From NCBI GenBank assembly GCA_951406725.2, contig OX597819.1, positions 119,536,001-119,600,000 on the forward strand: 64,000 bases of DNA, written 5' to 3'. The translations under genes were made by a program, and so were the position numbers. Source of the DNA: Octopus vulgaris (taxonomy: Eukaryota). Under the pieces are notes generated by a model. That model worked only from the letters and a program-made list of their open reading frames with translations, had not been told where the DNA came from and ran no database searches. Every line of letters starts with the position of its first letter. Within the stretch, counting starts at the first letter, position 1. Positions 1-13,935 of this stretch are shown here, piece by piece.

Positions 1-244
1 AAATATTTTCAGCATGAACGTTGCGAATCATAATACTAAGAGCCACTTGCAACAATGTCATCGAATAGAAGAAAATAGCGCAATAGTAGTCATGCCAGAA
101 GAAAATTACATCCATGTAAAAAAATTGTTTGTGATATGATACAATGAAAATTATAGTAAGTTTCAGTCAGTTGAAATATATTATAAGGCAAATATTCAAT
201 AGAATCTGAAACACAGCTGCAGAATTTTATATGCATATATATAC

Positions 245-389
245 ACTTTTACTCTTTTACTTGTTTCAGTCAGTTGACTGCGCCCATGCTGGAGCACCGC
301 CTTTAGTCGAGCATTCTATCGGTCTCTTTTGCCGAACACACCAGCATCGGTTGTCAAGCAATGCTAGGGGGACAAACACAGACACACAA

Positions 390-422
<33 letters not shown>

Positions 423-592
423 AACATATATACCACAGGCTTCTTTCAGTTTCCGTCTACCAAATCCACTCACAAGGCATTGGTCGGCCCGGGGCTATAG
501 CAGAGACACTTGCCCAAGATGCCACGCAGTGGGACTGAACCCCGAACCATGTGGTTGGTTAGCGAGCTACTTACTACACAGCCACTCCTGCA

Positions 593-594
<2 letters not shown>
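245..594 (-). mobile_element. tRNA-headed SINE family A with an internal (TA)/(TG) tract
   Basis: Minus strand GGTGCAGGAGTGGCTGTGTAGTAAG...GGGTTCAGTCCCACTGCGTGGC...GGATTTGGTAGACGGAAACTGAAAGAAGCC...GCTCCAGCATGG...GAAACAAGTAAAAGAG. Confidence 0.88.
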
Positions 595-643
<49 letters not shown>

Positions 644-1190
644 AGTATACTAAATGTATATATTGATATGTAAATATATATGTATATGCATATATATATG
701 TGTATATCCATGTGTACATATATGTGTGTGTGTGTTTGTGTGTGTACGTGCATATTTTTTAATTTCTTTTCGAAAAACATTTTGAATATGCGAATAAAGC
801 CATGTATGCTTTTACGCTGGCCACAGTCTGATGATTCTGACCGGTGAACCAATATTTGGCGTTGCATCGTGCTATACCGATACAAAGTAAGATAAATATA
901 GTGTTAATAACAATAATCCTTGGATGGGATTTATAAAAATTCAATGCGTCCCTACACGCGTTGACAAATGTCGTTTTAGGCTATACCCGCTGCGTTAATT
1001 TATCTGTATGTACACAAGACACACACACACACATATATACACACACACACATGTATATATATATATATATACTTATATATATATGTGCAAGCACATATAT
1101 AAATTTATACTTACTATATTAAAATTTTTTATCTAGTTTCAGCTCACGAACTGTGGCCACGCTGGAGCACCACCTATACACACACACACA

Positions 1191-1268
<78 letters not shown>

Positions 1269-1989
1269 TGTATATATATATATATGTGTGTGTGTATGTA
1301 ATTATATAGATAGTTAAATAGATAGATAGATATAAATAGCCATTTCTCTCTCTCTACATATACATATATATATATGTGTGTGTGTGTGAAGGTATAGTTA
1401 CAAATATATGAAATATGCATATACATACATCGATAAATACACATGTGTGTGTGTATATGTTTATTTGCGATATTTGTTTTCATTCTCTATATAGATTTTT
1501 ATATAAGTTTTTGCGCCTGTATGTATTCCTGTCTTTGTGTCCGTTACTGCGTTTATTTATCTGCATTGAGAGAGAACTTCCATTGATATTTACACATCAT
1601 GCCTATTAATTTAAAGAAGCTTTTAAATATAGAGATATATTGTTGATAAATCGAATACTATTATAAATGCATTTGGAAGCTATGTTTAGATGGAAATGAA
1701 TATGGCGTATGAAGAACATGGATTCTCTAATACAATTGCATCGAATGTATTATGAAATAAATTGATTATTTTAGCGTTTATTTCTTTTGTACATTGTAGT
1801 TTTGTTTTCTTTTTCTTCCATATTTTTAGTAATAGTGTATTATTTGTTTATTTATTTGTGTATCTATTTAGTACAAATTTTTTTGTTTAATTTTCATTTC
1901 GCTTTTAATTGTAATTTTTTTTTACATATTGTTACAGAGAACTGTTAAATGGAGTGTTAAATGTTACATGCGACAATTATGAAGGACAC

Positions 1990-2545
1990 TCATGGTGGTG
2001 GTGATGGTGGTGGTGGTGATGGTGAGGATGATGATTTTGGTGATGATGATGAGGATGATGTGGATGATGTTGAGGAGGTGGAGGATAATTAGGATGATGA
2101 TGATTATGATAATGATCATCATCATGATCATGATGACCATAATGATGATGATGAGGATGACGATAATGATGATGATGGTAATCAGGAAGATGATGATGAT
2201 GAGGATGATGATGAAGATGATGAGGATGATGATGATGACGACGATAATCAAAAGGATAATGATGATGATGGTGGTGTTGTTGAAGCTGACGATGAATCTG
2301 ATGATGATGATGATGATGATGACGACGGTTATCATGATGATGATAATAATGATGAAGGCGACTACGTAGATGATTATAACGGTACTCGTGATGTTGACAA
2401 TGCTGTTGACGATGGTGATAATAAGGACACCGACGTCGTGCAGGAGGATTAAAGCAGGATGAAGATGACGACGATGTTTCAAATGCTAATGCTGCTGGTG
2501 ATGGTGATGCTTGTGTGAAGTTGGTGATGCTGGTGGTAGCATCAG
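1990..2545. repeat. Degenerate (GAT)n/(GGT)n trinucleotide repeat
   Basis: Direct inspection; source of the poly-His/Met/Ile pseudo-ORFs. Confidence 0.9.
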
Positions 2546-3305
2546 ATCTTATTGATGTATACAATAACGCATATTTTTGTAGAGACGGGCTGTCATTATT
2601 AATCATTGTTAGCATATGGACAATAGATCAAATAATTTATTTTACGAAACCTTGTATAGAAAAGAACTTACTTTTGAATAATTGTTTACCAACATTATAA
2701 TAAATCTCTGTGAGTTTCCGCGTGTCTGTGTGCGTCAGTATATATATATATATATGGTGAGGGTTGTATGTATGTGTGCGTGTGCATGTAAATTGAAATT
2801 ATCTTTCATTAATTCTGTATATATTTTTCTCTCTTTTATTTTTCTGTAAAAATATATAAATAAATATAGAATGGCAGAATAAAATTATGCTGCTCTTGTT
2901 TGCTTATTTCATATGTAAACAGAAAAAGTAATTAAGCGACATCGCTGACTGGAATTTTATTTTATAATCATCCAGTGGCGAAAAGAATTGGAAAAAAAAA
3001 AAAAGAACTGGAACGATGCAGTGCAAAAGAATACACAATAAAATTTCAGATTTTTCGCACTGAGAATTGATAAAATGTTTGTTTACACAAATGCTTTCAA
3101 CTAGAGCACTCAGTATTATTTTCGCTATGTTGTTTCCTTTTTAAATTTATTTTTCGTTTTATCTGGAATACATTGCGTTCCTTCGTTCCTTTGTTTACTT
3201 CTATACAAATGCCATAGTGGTGATGTCTTTTGAGTGAAAATTTAACATAAATGGTGAGTGGAAATTGATTAGAAATATACGATATACAACAATATATATG
3301 TATAC

Positions 3306-3367
<62 letters not shown>

Positions 3368-3392
3368 ATATGTGTATGTATATATATGTATG

Positions 3393-3431
<39 letters not shown>

Positions 3432-3471
3432 AAGTATATATATATATATATAGATAGATTTATACATGTAT

Positions 3472-3516
<45 letters not shown>

Positions 3517-3591
3517 CACACACACAATTATATATATATATAGTTAATCCCAAAACGTTATGTACGTTTATATATATATATATGCAATTAA

Positions 3592-3643
<52 letters not shown>

Positions 3644-3864
3644 TTATGTATGTACGCTTGTATGCACGTATGTACGTATGTATTGAGAGGAACAGCGGTA
3701 TTTGCCCGTGTGTCTGTTTCTGTTCTTCCAAACATACAACATCTATGCAAACATAGATGTATACAAACTCGCATATTCGATTATATGTACATATCTATGA
3801 CAATAGGTATAAAAACACTAATATACATGAATGTGTGAGAGCATGTATATTTATGTCTACATAC

Positions 3865-3934
<70 letters not shown>

Positions 3935-5453
3935 GTATATGTATACGTGTGTGTGTATGTACGTGTGTGTGTATATATATATATATATGTATATACGAAT
4001 ATATACAATCATATATGTGCATGAATGCACGCCTGACGTGTGTGTATGTATGATGTGTCTACAAAATGTGATCCTCTATAGAAGTACGTACAAATGTGCT
4101 TACGTATAAATCCTGGTAAAGAGAAAGAGAAAAGATGAACAAAGTGAGGTACAGTTTGCAATAGGAAATATCTCTTCAGTAGACATAATGAAATAATGTA
4201 TATTACTTTATGAGTATGATTACTGTTCTTGAAAATGTGTATTACGTAATAGGATTTAAAAAATGAAGAACAACAACAAAGAATCCGTCCTTCGGAATGA
4301 ATAAATGCAGATTTCGTTTTATTGTTTTACTAGTTTCCAACAATAAATACTTCACATATACTGAAAGAAACAAATTTCATAAAGAGAATCATCCAATATT
4401 CAAGCGTTAGAGGAGAAACAAATTAATGTAGATTGAATACAATCCAGTATTCTATTCAATATACAAATGTAACTTATTCAAACATAGTCTCAGCTTACAA
4501 ACAAATAAAAAATATATAATAATAATGAACCTAGCTAGATTTGAAAATTGAAATAAAAGAGAAGATAGCAAGGAATACCATGCATCTAAAACAGAATTGT
4601 ATGTAATGTTTTCAGGAAGAGAAAGTTATATATATGTTACGTCTAAGCTTATTAGCAACAAAATAGTTCACCAAATTAACTTTTGCACACTGAAAACTAT
4701 AATTTTTGACAACTTAACTCGTACCAAATAAAGTTACCTATGCTTCCGTTGCAATTCTAGGTGTCATTCGAACAACGCACTGTTTGCCGAAACATATGTA
4801 TTACTCGTTCAATATCCTGGTTCTCTGTGCATTGAAGATCATATTGTAAGATATGTTTATATTAGCTCCCCGTTCTCTAGTGATTGCCACCAATTGTAAC
4901 ATCAAATTTCGGCTCAGTGTAGATTTGTGATTTAGAATAACATTCAACTACAACTTTATAAATGTAAGGACCACTATTGTCTAATAATGTAAATTTTTTA
5001 CCGCTCGAATACAAAACATTATTCGACGTTCACTTAATTCAATTGTGATAAAACTTCGCAGAAGTTTAAAACAATATTTTTGGAAATCAACTAGTATAAA
5101 TTTGATTATTTTCTCTGATTTTCGAATGAAACATATTGAATATTACAGAATGTTTCAAGGTAAAATGTAGTTTTATAATTTACATTTCTTTGGTATATTT
5201 AAATATTTGATCTTTTTATTTATTATTTTCTTTAAGGAAAACGCACTTTGGCTATTTTATCGATGTTTATATTAAATATGTAGGAAATCATTTGTAAGGT
5301 ATGATGTAATGTCTGTAATGTACATTCCACATTAATGCGTAGGTATGGAAGATAGAGGGGGAATTTATGATGTATCTGAGATTTAAGGATATAATGTGGG
5401 TAACTTTCACTGATATGAACACATATATCCATACGCACATATATTCAAATGAA

Positions 5454-5536
<83 letters not shown>

Positions 5537-5560
5537 TGTGTGTGTGTGTGTGTATGTATA

Positions 5561-5615
<55 letters not shown>

Positions 5616-5630
5616 ATATATATATATATT

Positions 5631-5677
<47 letters not shown>

Positions 5678-5680
<3 letters not shown>

Positions 5681-5822
5681 GGGAGAATTCATTAAAAAAA
5701 ACGACGATAGGTGGTGTTAGACAACAAACAGATGTATTAGTTTAACGTTCGGTAAGTGACAAAATGTTTAAAGTTTCGAGTCGAGCCTACGCTTTCCACA
5801 GAAAGAAACGGAGAGAAAAATA
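5678..5822 (-). mobile_element. Short pLTR-like element with a degenerate hammerhead (same family as 40180-40360)
   Basis: Minus strand CTTT CTGTGGA A AGC GTAG GCTC(GACTC) GAAA CTTTAAAC...ATACATCTGTTTGTT...ACACCACCT...TCTCCCTAT, ending in (TA)n. Confidence 0.65.
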
Positions 5823-5844
5823 AAGAATGTGAAGTAGATAGTGA

Positions 5845-5945
5845 TTTCGTTTTTGCATCTGGTTTGCAAGATTCTTTATGCGAAATCGTGTGTTGAAACA
5901 AATGTTGTTGGGTCTAGAGACGGTTAGTATGTCAATATTATTACC
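5845..5945 (-). mobile_element. PLE 3' tail fragment homologous to 44520-44600
   Basis: TTGCAAGATTCTTTATGCGAAATCGTGTGTTGAAACAAATGTTGTT vs GTGCAAGATTTTTTATGTGAAGTCGTGTGTTGAAACAGATATTGTT (reverse complement of 44539-44584). Confidence 0.7.
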
Positions 5946-6632
5946 ACAGGCACTGGTTCTTTTGCACTCTTTTATTATTTGTCCCTCTTTTATTATTATC
6001 AGATTATTGGATTTTATATTATAAAATCCAAACAAACTGATTGTTTCATTTGGTTAAAGAGTAAGTCATTTACTTTATCTTTGTTTCACAAAGCTCTTTC
6101 ATTGCAACTTGAGAATTTTTCAACGACTTCTTAGTCCGCTAAGGAGGCCGGTTTTTTCTACCCGAGAATTTATTCCGTTCTACTGTGCGGGTGCTAGTGT
6201 GGCGCGTATGCTTTCGTATGTATGTATATATGTATATTTATGTCTTCGTGTGTGTACGTGCTTGTGTGCTTATGTATGTATGTTTGTATGTATGTACGTA
6301 TGAATGTATGTATGTATGTGTGTCTTTGGGTGTTTGTACGTATATGCACGTGCGCCTGTTTTCCATGCTTTTGTTGTTATGTCTTCGCGTATGCCTGTGT
6401 GTGAAGTGTGTGTGTATGTTCATTTGTCTGTCTCCTTGTGTGTTTGCGTGTTTGCGTGTTTTTATATGCCTGTCTGTCCGTACTACCTATTTACTTACCT
6501 ACCTACCAACCTACCAACCTGCCCATCTATCTGTCTATCTATCTATCTATCTATCTATCTTAATAGGTAGTACGGACAGACAGGCATATAGACACACACA
6601 AAGTTGCAAACACACAAGGAGACATCTATCAG

Positions 6633-6665
<33 letters not shown>

Positions 6666-6709
6666 ATATCTATCTATCTATCTATCTATCTATTCATCTA
6701 TCTATCTAT

Positions 6710-6972
6710 TCCGTAGGCTTTTCTTCCCACGGATAAACCTTATCCGCCTCCCCCTTTACACTTTACATCATATACACTGTGATACACGATCCCTATTGAT
6801 CGTTTTTTTTCTTTCCCCTTTTTCTTTTTTTCTTCTTTCCCTTTTACGATCCCTTTTGATAAAAAAACCTACCCCACCTTTTGTTTTTTCTTTCTCTCCC
6901 CTAAAATGAAAAGCTCTACTTTGTAATCTGCCCCGTCTGTGTGCAGCCCTGTGTGGCTAATAAAGAAACATA
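6710..6972 (+). mobile_element. Probable 3'UTR fragment of a related Tx1-like LINE
   Basis: TTTTCTTCCCACGGATAAACCTT...GCCTCCCCCT...AAAATGAAAAG...CTTTGTAA...AGCCCTGTGTGGCTAATAAAGAAAC parallels 63750-63945. Flanked by (TCTA)n-like sequence. Confidence 0.5.
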
Positions 6973-7209
6973 TCTACTTATCTACCTTATTCCCCATTTA
7001 TCTAACTACCTACATAATTCACGAAGTAACTAGTAATCTATATAATTGACCTACGCATCTAAAACCTATCAACTTACCTACAATTTTACATACTTGACTT
7101 CCTACTTACAAATGTATCTATATATGCACGCTATGTGCGTTGTATTTGTGGCATTGGTATATCCCTACCTTTTACATGTATTTCCTAATTAGTATGGGTA
7201 ATGTTTTCA

Positions 7210-9650
7210 TTTATAAGAAGTCAAAGGTCCTTTCGGCGTTTGGACAAAATACGGATGTCAGTCCGGCCCTGTAGGCCGCCATGTGCACGTTTAACATTTC
7301 TGGTAAACGCCTAGTGGTTTCCCCAATGAATGCCGTTTCTCTGTACTGACAAACTCCTTCCATGCACATTAGGCTTTAGACTTCGTTCCTAGTTTTACAG
7401 TTAATATTGGGGTTAAACTTACATACGCTACAGTTCTTATTAGTGGATGCGTTAGTTTCAAAGAGATAAATCCTGCATAACTTACCTTTACGATGAAGCT
7501 CCCTGGCTTCGATGTAACTCCATCAGGAACTCCCTGAATTTTCAACGATCGTAATTTTGAGTTCGAAATCCTCGAGAGCTTTCAGTGATGTGCCCTCTAC
7601 AAACATCACTAACTGATATTTATCAAACTTCTACAATGTGTTCAATCTGTTTGCCTTGTCACAAATCACCTGTGTAATATTCCAGTTCCATATCGGTATC
7701 TCTGACGGGTAAGATTGACATCATTACACGATGTTATCTAACTTCTTTCTGGCTCCCCTGTAAATTCTAATCCGATTTTCTGGTCGTATTATGAGAATTG
7801 CATGCGGTGCATGAATTTCTGTTTGTGCCTTCTTGTTTTATTGGATTCTCATAGGAAAGACACATACATTATTAATTATCCAAACTGAGCTTGCTAGTAA
7901 TATGCTAGCGTTTAAACTGTGTGGCAAGGCTGAATTCGTGTGAACAACGTATCTAGAATCTATGGGTTTCTTTAATAGGAGCAGAGGAGCTGTACTATCT
8001 TGTTTACAGTCTCTAATCAAAGGTCAGTATCAAATATAGGGATTCTGTTGTTAGGTTGCTTCGCTGGTCAATCTATAGTTACCTTCCTACTTTGGTGGAT
8101 GTAGTTAGCAATATGCAGGATGATCTCCATCGTGCTCCTCACGTTATGATCGCATGGCTTTTCCAAACTAGAATATTAGTGTCATCTACATACCTACATT
8201 AAATCAATTGTGTTATAGATTGTTCATCTAGGGACTGTCTGACTTTTCTGTCCAACCGGCTTATGAAGAGGCCTGGCCACACCGACATCAATGGCTTTAT
8301 TATGTGGTTCTTCAATGTGGTTTTCACGCTAGCGCCCATAGCATGAGCAGTCAGGTTTTAACCTGATTGTTTTTCTTTTGGTCTTGGCTGTGTACGGTTC
8401 ACCCACTCCAGCTCTTTGTGATGCTCTTTTACGCTGCAGTGGTGATCGTGTGTGGGATTCCCATTGAGACCTGGTGAAGTAGAATCTATATAAGTGATGG
8501 TTGTCAAAGTAATTATACAGCCATAGGTTACTTTTACAAGGAGGCTCGGTTCCCTCGTTTTAACCTATCGGAACTCCACACATAATAGCAATGAATTTTT
8601 CCGCAGCAAAATCTATGTCAGTAGAATAGGAGAGTGCAACCACATCTATGTTACCTGCAAGATCGTTGGTGCAGTTGAACTTACTGATTCTACTGAGGTC
8701 TTCCATACTCACACAACTATTCGGAGACACTTCAATGAGCAGTCATAACACCTGAGAGAGGCAGTAAGAGCCTATAATAGCTAGATATTATTCGCCCTAA
8801 AAAACCGGTTGGGTTGAGGGTCCCATAACAGGGTCTATGAAAGGTTTATGGTCCTTCTGCAGTCCGTACAGCATAAGGACATCATAGTTGAAAGCTTGGA
8901 AATTTTGAGATGTCCATTTACAGCGATAGAGTATGTTGCGCCACATTTCCATTTGTGCGTTGAAACGTTTTTCTATTTTTTCATGTTCTTGTGAAGCAAC
9001 CTCTTTCATGCTACTGATGTGCGGGTTGCATGATCAAGTCATACTTCTCTCGTCTGTATACCAACATTGTACCAGTTTTATCCATAGGGAGGCATATTAA
9101 TTACTTGTTCTTAGTTTGGTGTTTCAGTTTTTGCTTTTTACAGCTTTGCTGAGTGCTGCGGAGAGTTGGTGGGTCGCGCTCACATATTTTCTAGTGATTT
9201 TGTTATATTGGTTCTAGAGGTGCCGGTGTCTGTTTCTAGGTAAGGAAATCTAAACATCTCTTGCACTGTCTGTCTCTGGTGGGATACATAACATTTTGTT
9301 AAAACGTAACTTTGTGGGGTAAATTCCTCTAGAATCTGTTAGGGTCATAGAAGACAGAGCCTAGTGTGTTAATGGTGATACCATTGTTGCGGTTGTTGTT
9401 GTTATCGTTGCTGTTGATGTTATGGTAGTGGGCGTTGTGGTTGCCGCTGCAGTTGTTGTGGTTATTCATGTTGTTGTCATTGTTACCATTAATGGTGTTG
9501 TTGTGGGTATTGGGATTGTGGAGGTTTTGGATACCTTTATTGTTGTTGGTTTTGAAGATAACGGTGGTTTAGCTGGTGGTGTGTGTGTGTTGTTCTGGTT
9601 GCTGTTATTGTTGTTGGCGTGGGTGATGTTATGGCTATCGTTGTTCATAA
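7210..9650 (-). mobile_element. Decayed Penelope-like element related to the 41746 element
   Basis: ORF 8797-9009 (EHEKIEKRFNAQMEMW...QNFQAFNYDVLMLYGLQKDHKPFIDPVMGPSTQPV) matches [16 protein letters not shown]...[35 protein letters not shown]. Near 7230-7330 the minus strand gives FIGETTRRLPE and DIRILSKRRKD (GIY-YIG end). Low-complexity N-terminus at 9370-9650. Many stops and frameshifts. Confidence 0.85.
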
Positions 9651-9805
9651 TGCCACTAATAATAATATCAGATAGCGAAATGATCGCAGAACAACGTGAA
9701 ATGAAGTGCTTTACTCAAGAACACTACGCAACACCCGGTTTGGGAATCGAACCCACGTTTTCGCAATCCTGAGTGCAACACCGTAAATGGGCCTTCATTT
9801 ATACC

Positions 9806-9857
<52 letters not shown>

Positions 9858-9974
9858 GTGTGTGTATGTATGTATTATGTATGTGTGCATGATATATATA
9901 TATATATACCTACATACACACATACATATACACAAACATATATAGACATAAACATTTACATATATACATAGGTC

Positions 9975-10019
<45 letters not shown>

Positions 10020-10597
10020 AAAGGGATTAATAATACATTAATAACATATTAGTAATCCAGGTGAAATACTTAATCTCTCTGCACATAAAAAAATACACCA
10101 GGTTAATAAAAATGTGTAGTGATTGATATTGTTTTGCAGGTAATCCGAAATTAAAGTCTCTCAACAGTAAAATTGTGTAAATCCATGGTTACATTCCCCA
10201 AATATGATAGTATGATTTTAGTCAGTGTCACCTAAAATATACATAAATAAAGGATTATATATATTACTTTTAGGCTTACACCAGTTCCCTATAATATTTT
10301 GTCTCAGTCTCATCAATCAACTGATTGATAGAAAATATATATCTCTCTGCCAAAATCTACCAAAATCTTTTTTTTTTTTCTGAGCGGAAAGAAATCAACT
10401 TTCGAAACAAATTAATGAGAAAAAGAGAAGAATTTGAGCAATGTAACTCAGCTATGGAACTCGTGTAATTTACTTCTAGCTATCCACCTTAATCCTTTGC
10501 TAGTTCTTGTGACGGGCGTATATTATTGATATCCAGTAAATGAATTTGATACCAAACAGCCTCCTTATGGTCGTGTAGTAAATTTCTAATATATATT

Positions 10598-11815
10598 CTT
10601 TTCTACTCTAGCCACAAGGCCCGAAAGTTTGGGGGAGTGGACCAATCAATTAGATCGACCCCAGTACGGAAATGCTACCTAATTTATAGGTTCCAAAAGA
10701 ATGAAAGGCAAAGTCGATCTCGGCGAAATTTGAACTCAGAACTTAAAGGCAGACGAAATACCTATTTCTATTTCTTTACTACCCACAAGGGGCTACACGC
10801 AGACAGGACAAACAAGGAGAGACAAACGGATTAAGTCGATTATATCGACCACAGTGCGTAACTGGTACTTATTTAATCAACCCTGGAAGGATGAAAAGCA
10901 AAGTCGACCTCGGCAAAATTTGAACTCAGAACGTAGCGGCAGACGAAATACGTAATTTCTTAACTACCCACAAGGGGCTAAACACAGAGAAGACAAACAA
11001 GGACAGACAAACGGATTAAGTTGATTGTATTGACCCCAGTGCGTAACTGGTACTTATTTAATCAACCCTGGAAGGATGAAAAGCAAAGTCGACCTCGGCG
11101 AAATTCGAACTCAGAACGTAGCGGCAGACGAAATACGTAATTTCTTAACTACCCACAAGGGGCTAAACACAGAGAAGACAAACAAGGACAGACAAACGGA
11201 TTAAGTTGATTGTATTGACCCCAGTGCGTAACTGGTACTTATTTAATCAACCCTGGAAGGATGAAAAGCAAAGTCGACCTCGGCAAAATTTGAACTCAGA
11301 ACGTAGCGGCAGACGAAATACGTAATTTCTTAACTACCCACAAGGGGGCTAAACACAGAGAAGACAAACAAGGACAGACAAACGGATTAAGTTGATTGTA
11401 TTGACCCCAGTGCGTAACTGGTACTTATTTAATCAACCCTGGAAGGATGAAAAGCAAAGTCGACCTCGGCAAAATTTGAACTCAGAACGTAGCGGCAGAC
11501 GAAATACGTAATTTCTTAACTACCCACAAGGGGCTAAACACAGAGAAGACAAACAAGGACAGACAAACGGATTAAAGTTGATTGTATTGACCCCAGTGCG
11601 TAACTGGTACTTATTTAATCAACACTGGAAGGATGAAAAGCAAAGTCGACCTCGGCAAAATTTGAACTCAGAACGTAGCGGCAGACGAAATACGTAATTT
11701 CTTAACTACCCACAAGGGGGCTAAACACAGAGAAGACAAACAAGGACAGACAAACGGATTAAAGTTGATTGTATTGACCCCAGTGCGTAACTGGTACTTA
11801 TTTAATCGACCCCGA
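10598..11815 (-). repeat. Tandem array (~185-bp period, ~5.7 units plus a terminal variant unit) of headless SINE family B bodies
   Basis: Units start at ~10771, 10957, 11141, 11326, 11511 and 11698. Each is CTACCCACAAGGGGCTAAACAC...GTCGACCTCGGC...GAACTCAGAACGTAGCGGCAGACGAAATAC. Confidence 0.93.
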
Positions 11816-11839
11816 TTAAATAAGACTGAGTCGGAAGAC

Positions 11840-11875
<36 letters not shown>

Positions 11876-12274
11876 ACAATAAAGGAACAAAATAGGCCAT
11901 TCAATAAAAACATGATGCAAAGCTTCAACCGCAAATAAAAGTTAATTCAGCCTAAATTAGAAAAATTTATAAAATGCATTTACCCTGTAATTTCTTATGA
12001 TATACCGTTTCATCTGCTGCATTAACAGCTTCCACAAGGACATGTGTTACATCAAAAGTTCTTGGTTGGGGATGCAAATCCTCTCATTCACGTACGACAT
12101 AATGCGGCAGCAGCATAGAGTTGAAGCGTCCATCTCTTTCTTGAAGAGAGGCCCGAAACATATGTACCGCTGAATCCTTCGCATCATGTTTTTATTTTAT
12201 TTTGATCAATTTACTCCACCACCTACACCACCAAACGGTATACACAGGTGCTTATAATTATCAAGTACCACCCG

Positions 12275-12311
<37 letters not shown>

Positions 12312-12609
12312 TATGTGTGTGTGTGTGTGTATAAGAATATACACACACGCGCACACACACTAATCACGCATAAAATGGGCTTCGACACTGTATTGTTTTA
12401 CCTAATGCATTCAGAATGATTATGTGACACCAGTTCGCACCAGGTGAAAAGAGCGGCTGCAAGGCTACGAAGCGAACCTTCTATCAACACCTACGAATCA
12501 AATTAGAAACCTTGTCCATGATTGCACGTGGTGACGCTTTGTTTACCAATTGCTTATAAGTATATGCCAATATCAATACTTGTTTTATATTTTGAAACAA
12601 AACCAGACG

Positions 12610-12978
12610 TGTTACTTTATTTTATCGAGCCCAAAGGGATGAAATACTAATTTAACTTCGCCTCGCCTTGAACCCTATGCAGGAACAAATGCTGCTAATT
12701 ATTTTGTCTGTCCTGTTAACGATTGTACCAGCTCACCGCCTTATACCAACATCAATAATTCATTCTATTATAAGCACATGGCCTGAATTTTGTAGGACGT
12801 CGCCAGGCAATTAAATCAACCTTAGTTCTCAACTGGAATTTATACTATCTCCTACCAAAATGATGAAACACAAAATCAATGTCGGTGGTTTTTGTACTCA
12901 AAGCGTGAGAGAGAGAGACAAAATACATTACTAAGAATTTTTCCGGCCTGCTAACTATTCTGTCGGTCCGTTGCCTTA
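12610..12978 (-). mobile_element. Two old SINE family B copies
   Basis: TTTATCGAGCCCAAAGGGATGAAA...CCAGCTCACCGCCTT, and a second diverged copy to 12978. Confidence 0.55.
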
Positions 12979-13631
12979 CATTAATATCAAAAATAATTTG
13001 TAACGCAAGAATGTAAGAAAAATAAGATTGTTGACGTGATCACTTCTTTATTCAGATATTACCAAGAAAGGTTAGATGCAGAAACGGACAAAGAAATACT
13101 GTTCGAGATATTTATTCGAGGAACACTCAAAAAGGGGTTGCAAATTAATTACCATACTTTTACCAAACGCCAGTTACCAATGTATATGAAGTTGTAAAAT
13201 AACGAAATTAATCTAAATTATGATATTGCCAGACATATTTCTATGAATTTCAAATAAATACTAACTCAATTTAGAAATCATCGTCTTCTCGAAGTTAACA
13301 ATACATAGAACTAAGATGTAGAAAAAGGTGTAAAAATATGTTTGGGACTATGTTTATACGCATGAATTCATGTGGTGCAATATGATATATAAAATATGGC
13401 ACAGTGTATCTAATACACAGTAACTCCAACAAAATATTTATTCCATAAAACCATTCATCATGGAAACATCGGTATAGCTATTCTGATTTTAATTTAATTT
13501 ATGGCCTTTAGAAATAGTTTACTCTTCTCAGGAATGGCTTCTTTCAAAAACGTGGCTTCATTAATATAAATGTATATCGATCTAACTATATACCTATCTA
13601 TCTATCAATTCCCCTATCTATCTTTCTATTC

Positions 13632-13695
<64 letters not shown>

Positions 13696-13886
13696 ACATA
13701 CATGTGTATATGTATATGTATATACATATAATCATGTATATATTTTTATAACCATAAGCATAGATATTTATATATTCATGCACATATTTGAATATATATA
13801 TAGGTATATATATATATATATGTGTGCATATACATATATATGTATATATACATATACTTATATGCATGTATATACATATATGTATT

Positions 13887-13935
<49 letters not shown>

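Noticed and set aside
1964-2615. Poly-His / poly-Ile / poly-Met ORFs
   Set aside because: Overlapping frames of one degenerate (GAT)n repeat; no domain or splice support.
6081-6140. Positional homologue of the PLE hammerhead upstream of the 5845 tail (GAAAGAGCTTTG on the minus strand)
   Set aside because: The core and stems I/II are too degenerate to call.
10598-11815. CRISPR-like array
   Set aside because: The whole 185-bp unit repeats with no unique spacers, it matches a dispersed SINE, and the context is eukaryotic with no cas genes.
12104-12170. Hammerhead-like GCGG...GAAACATATGTACCGC
   Set aside because: A palindromic stem III and a possible stem I are present, but no acceptable CUGANGA core adjoins stem I.
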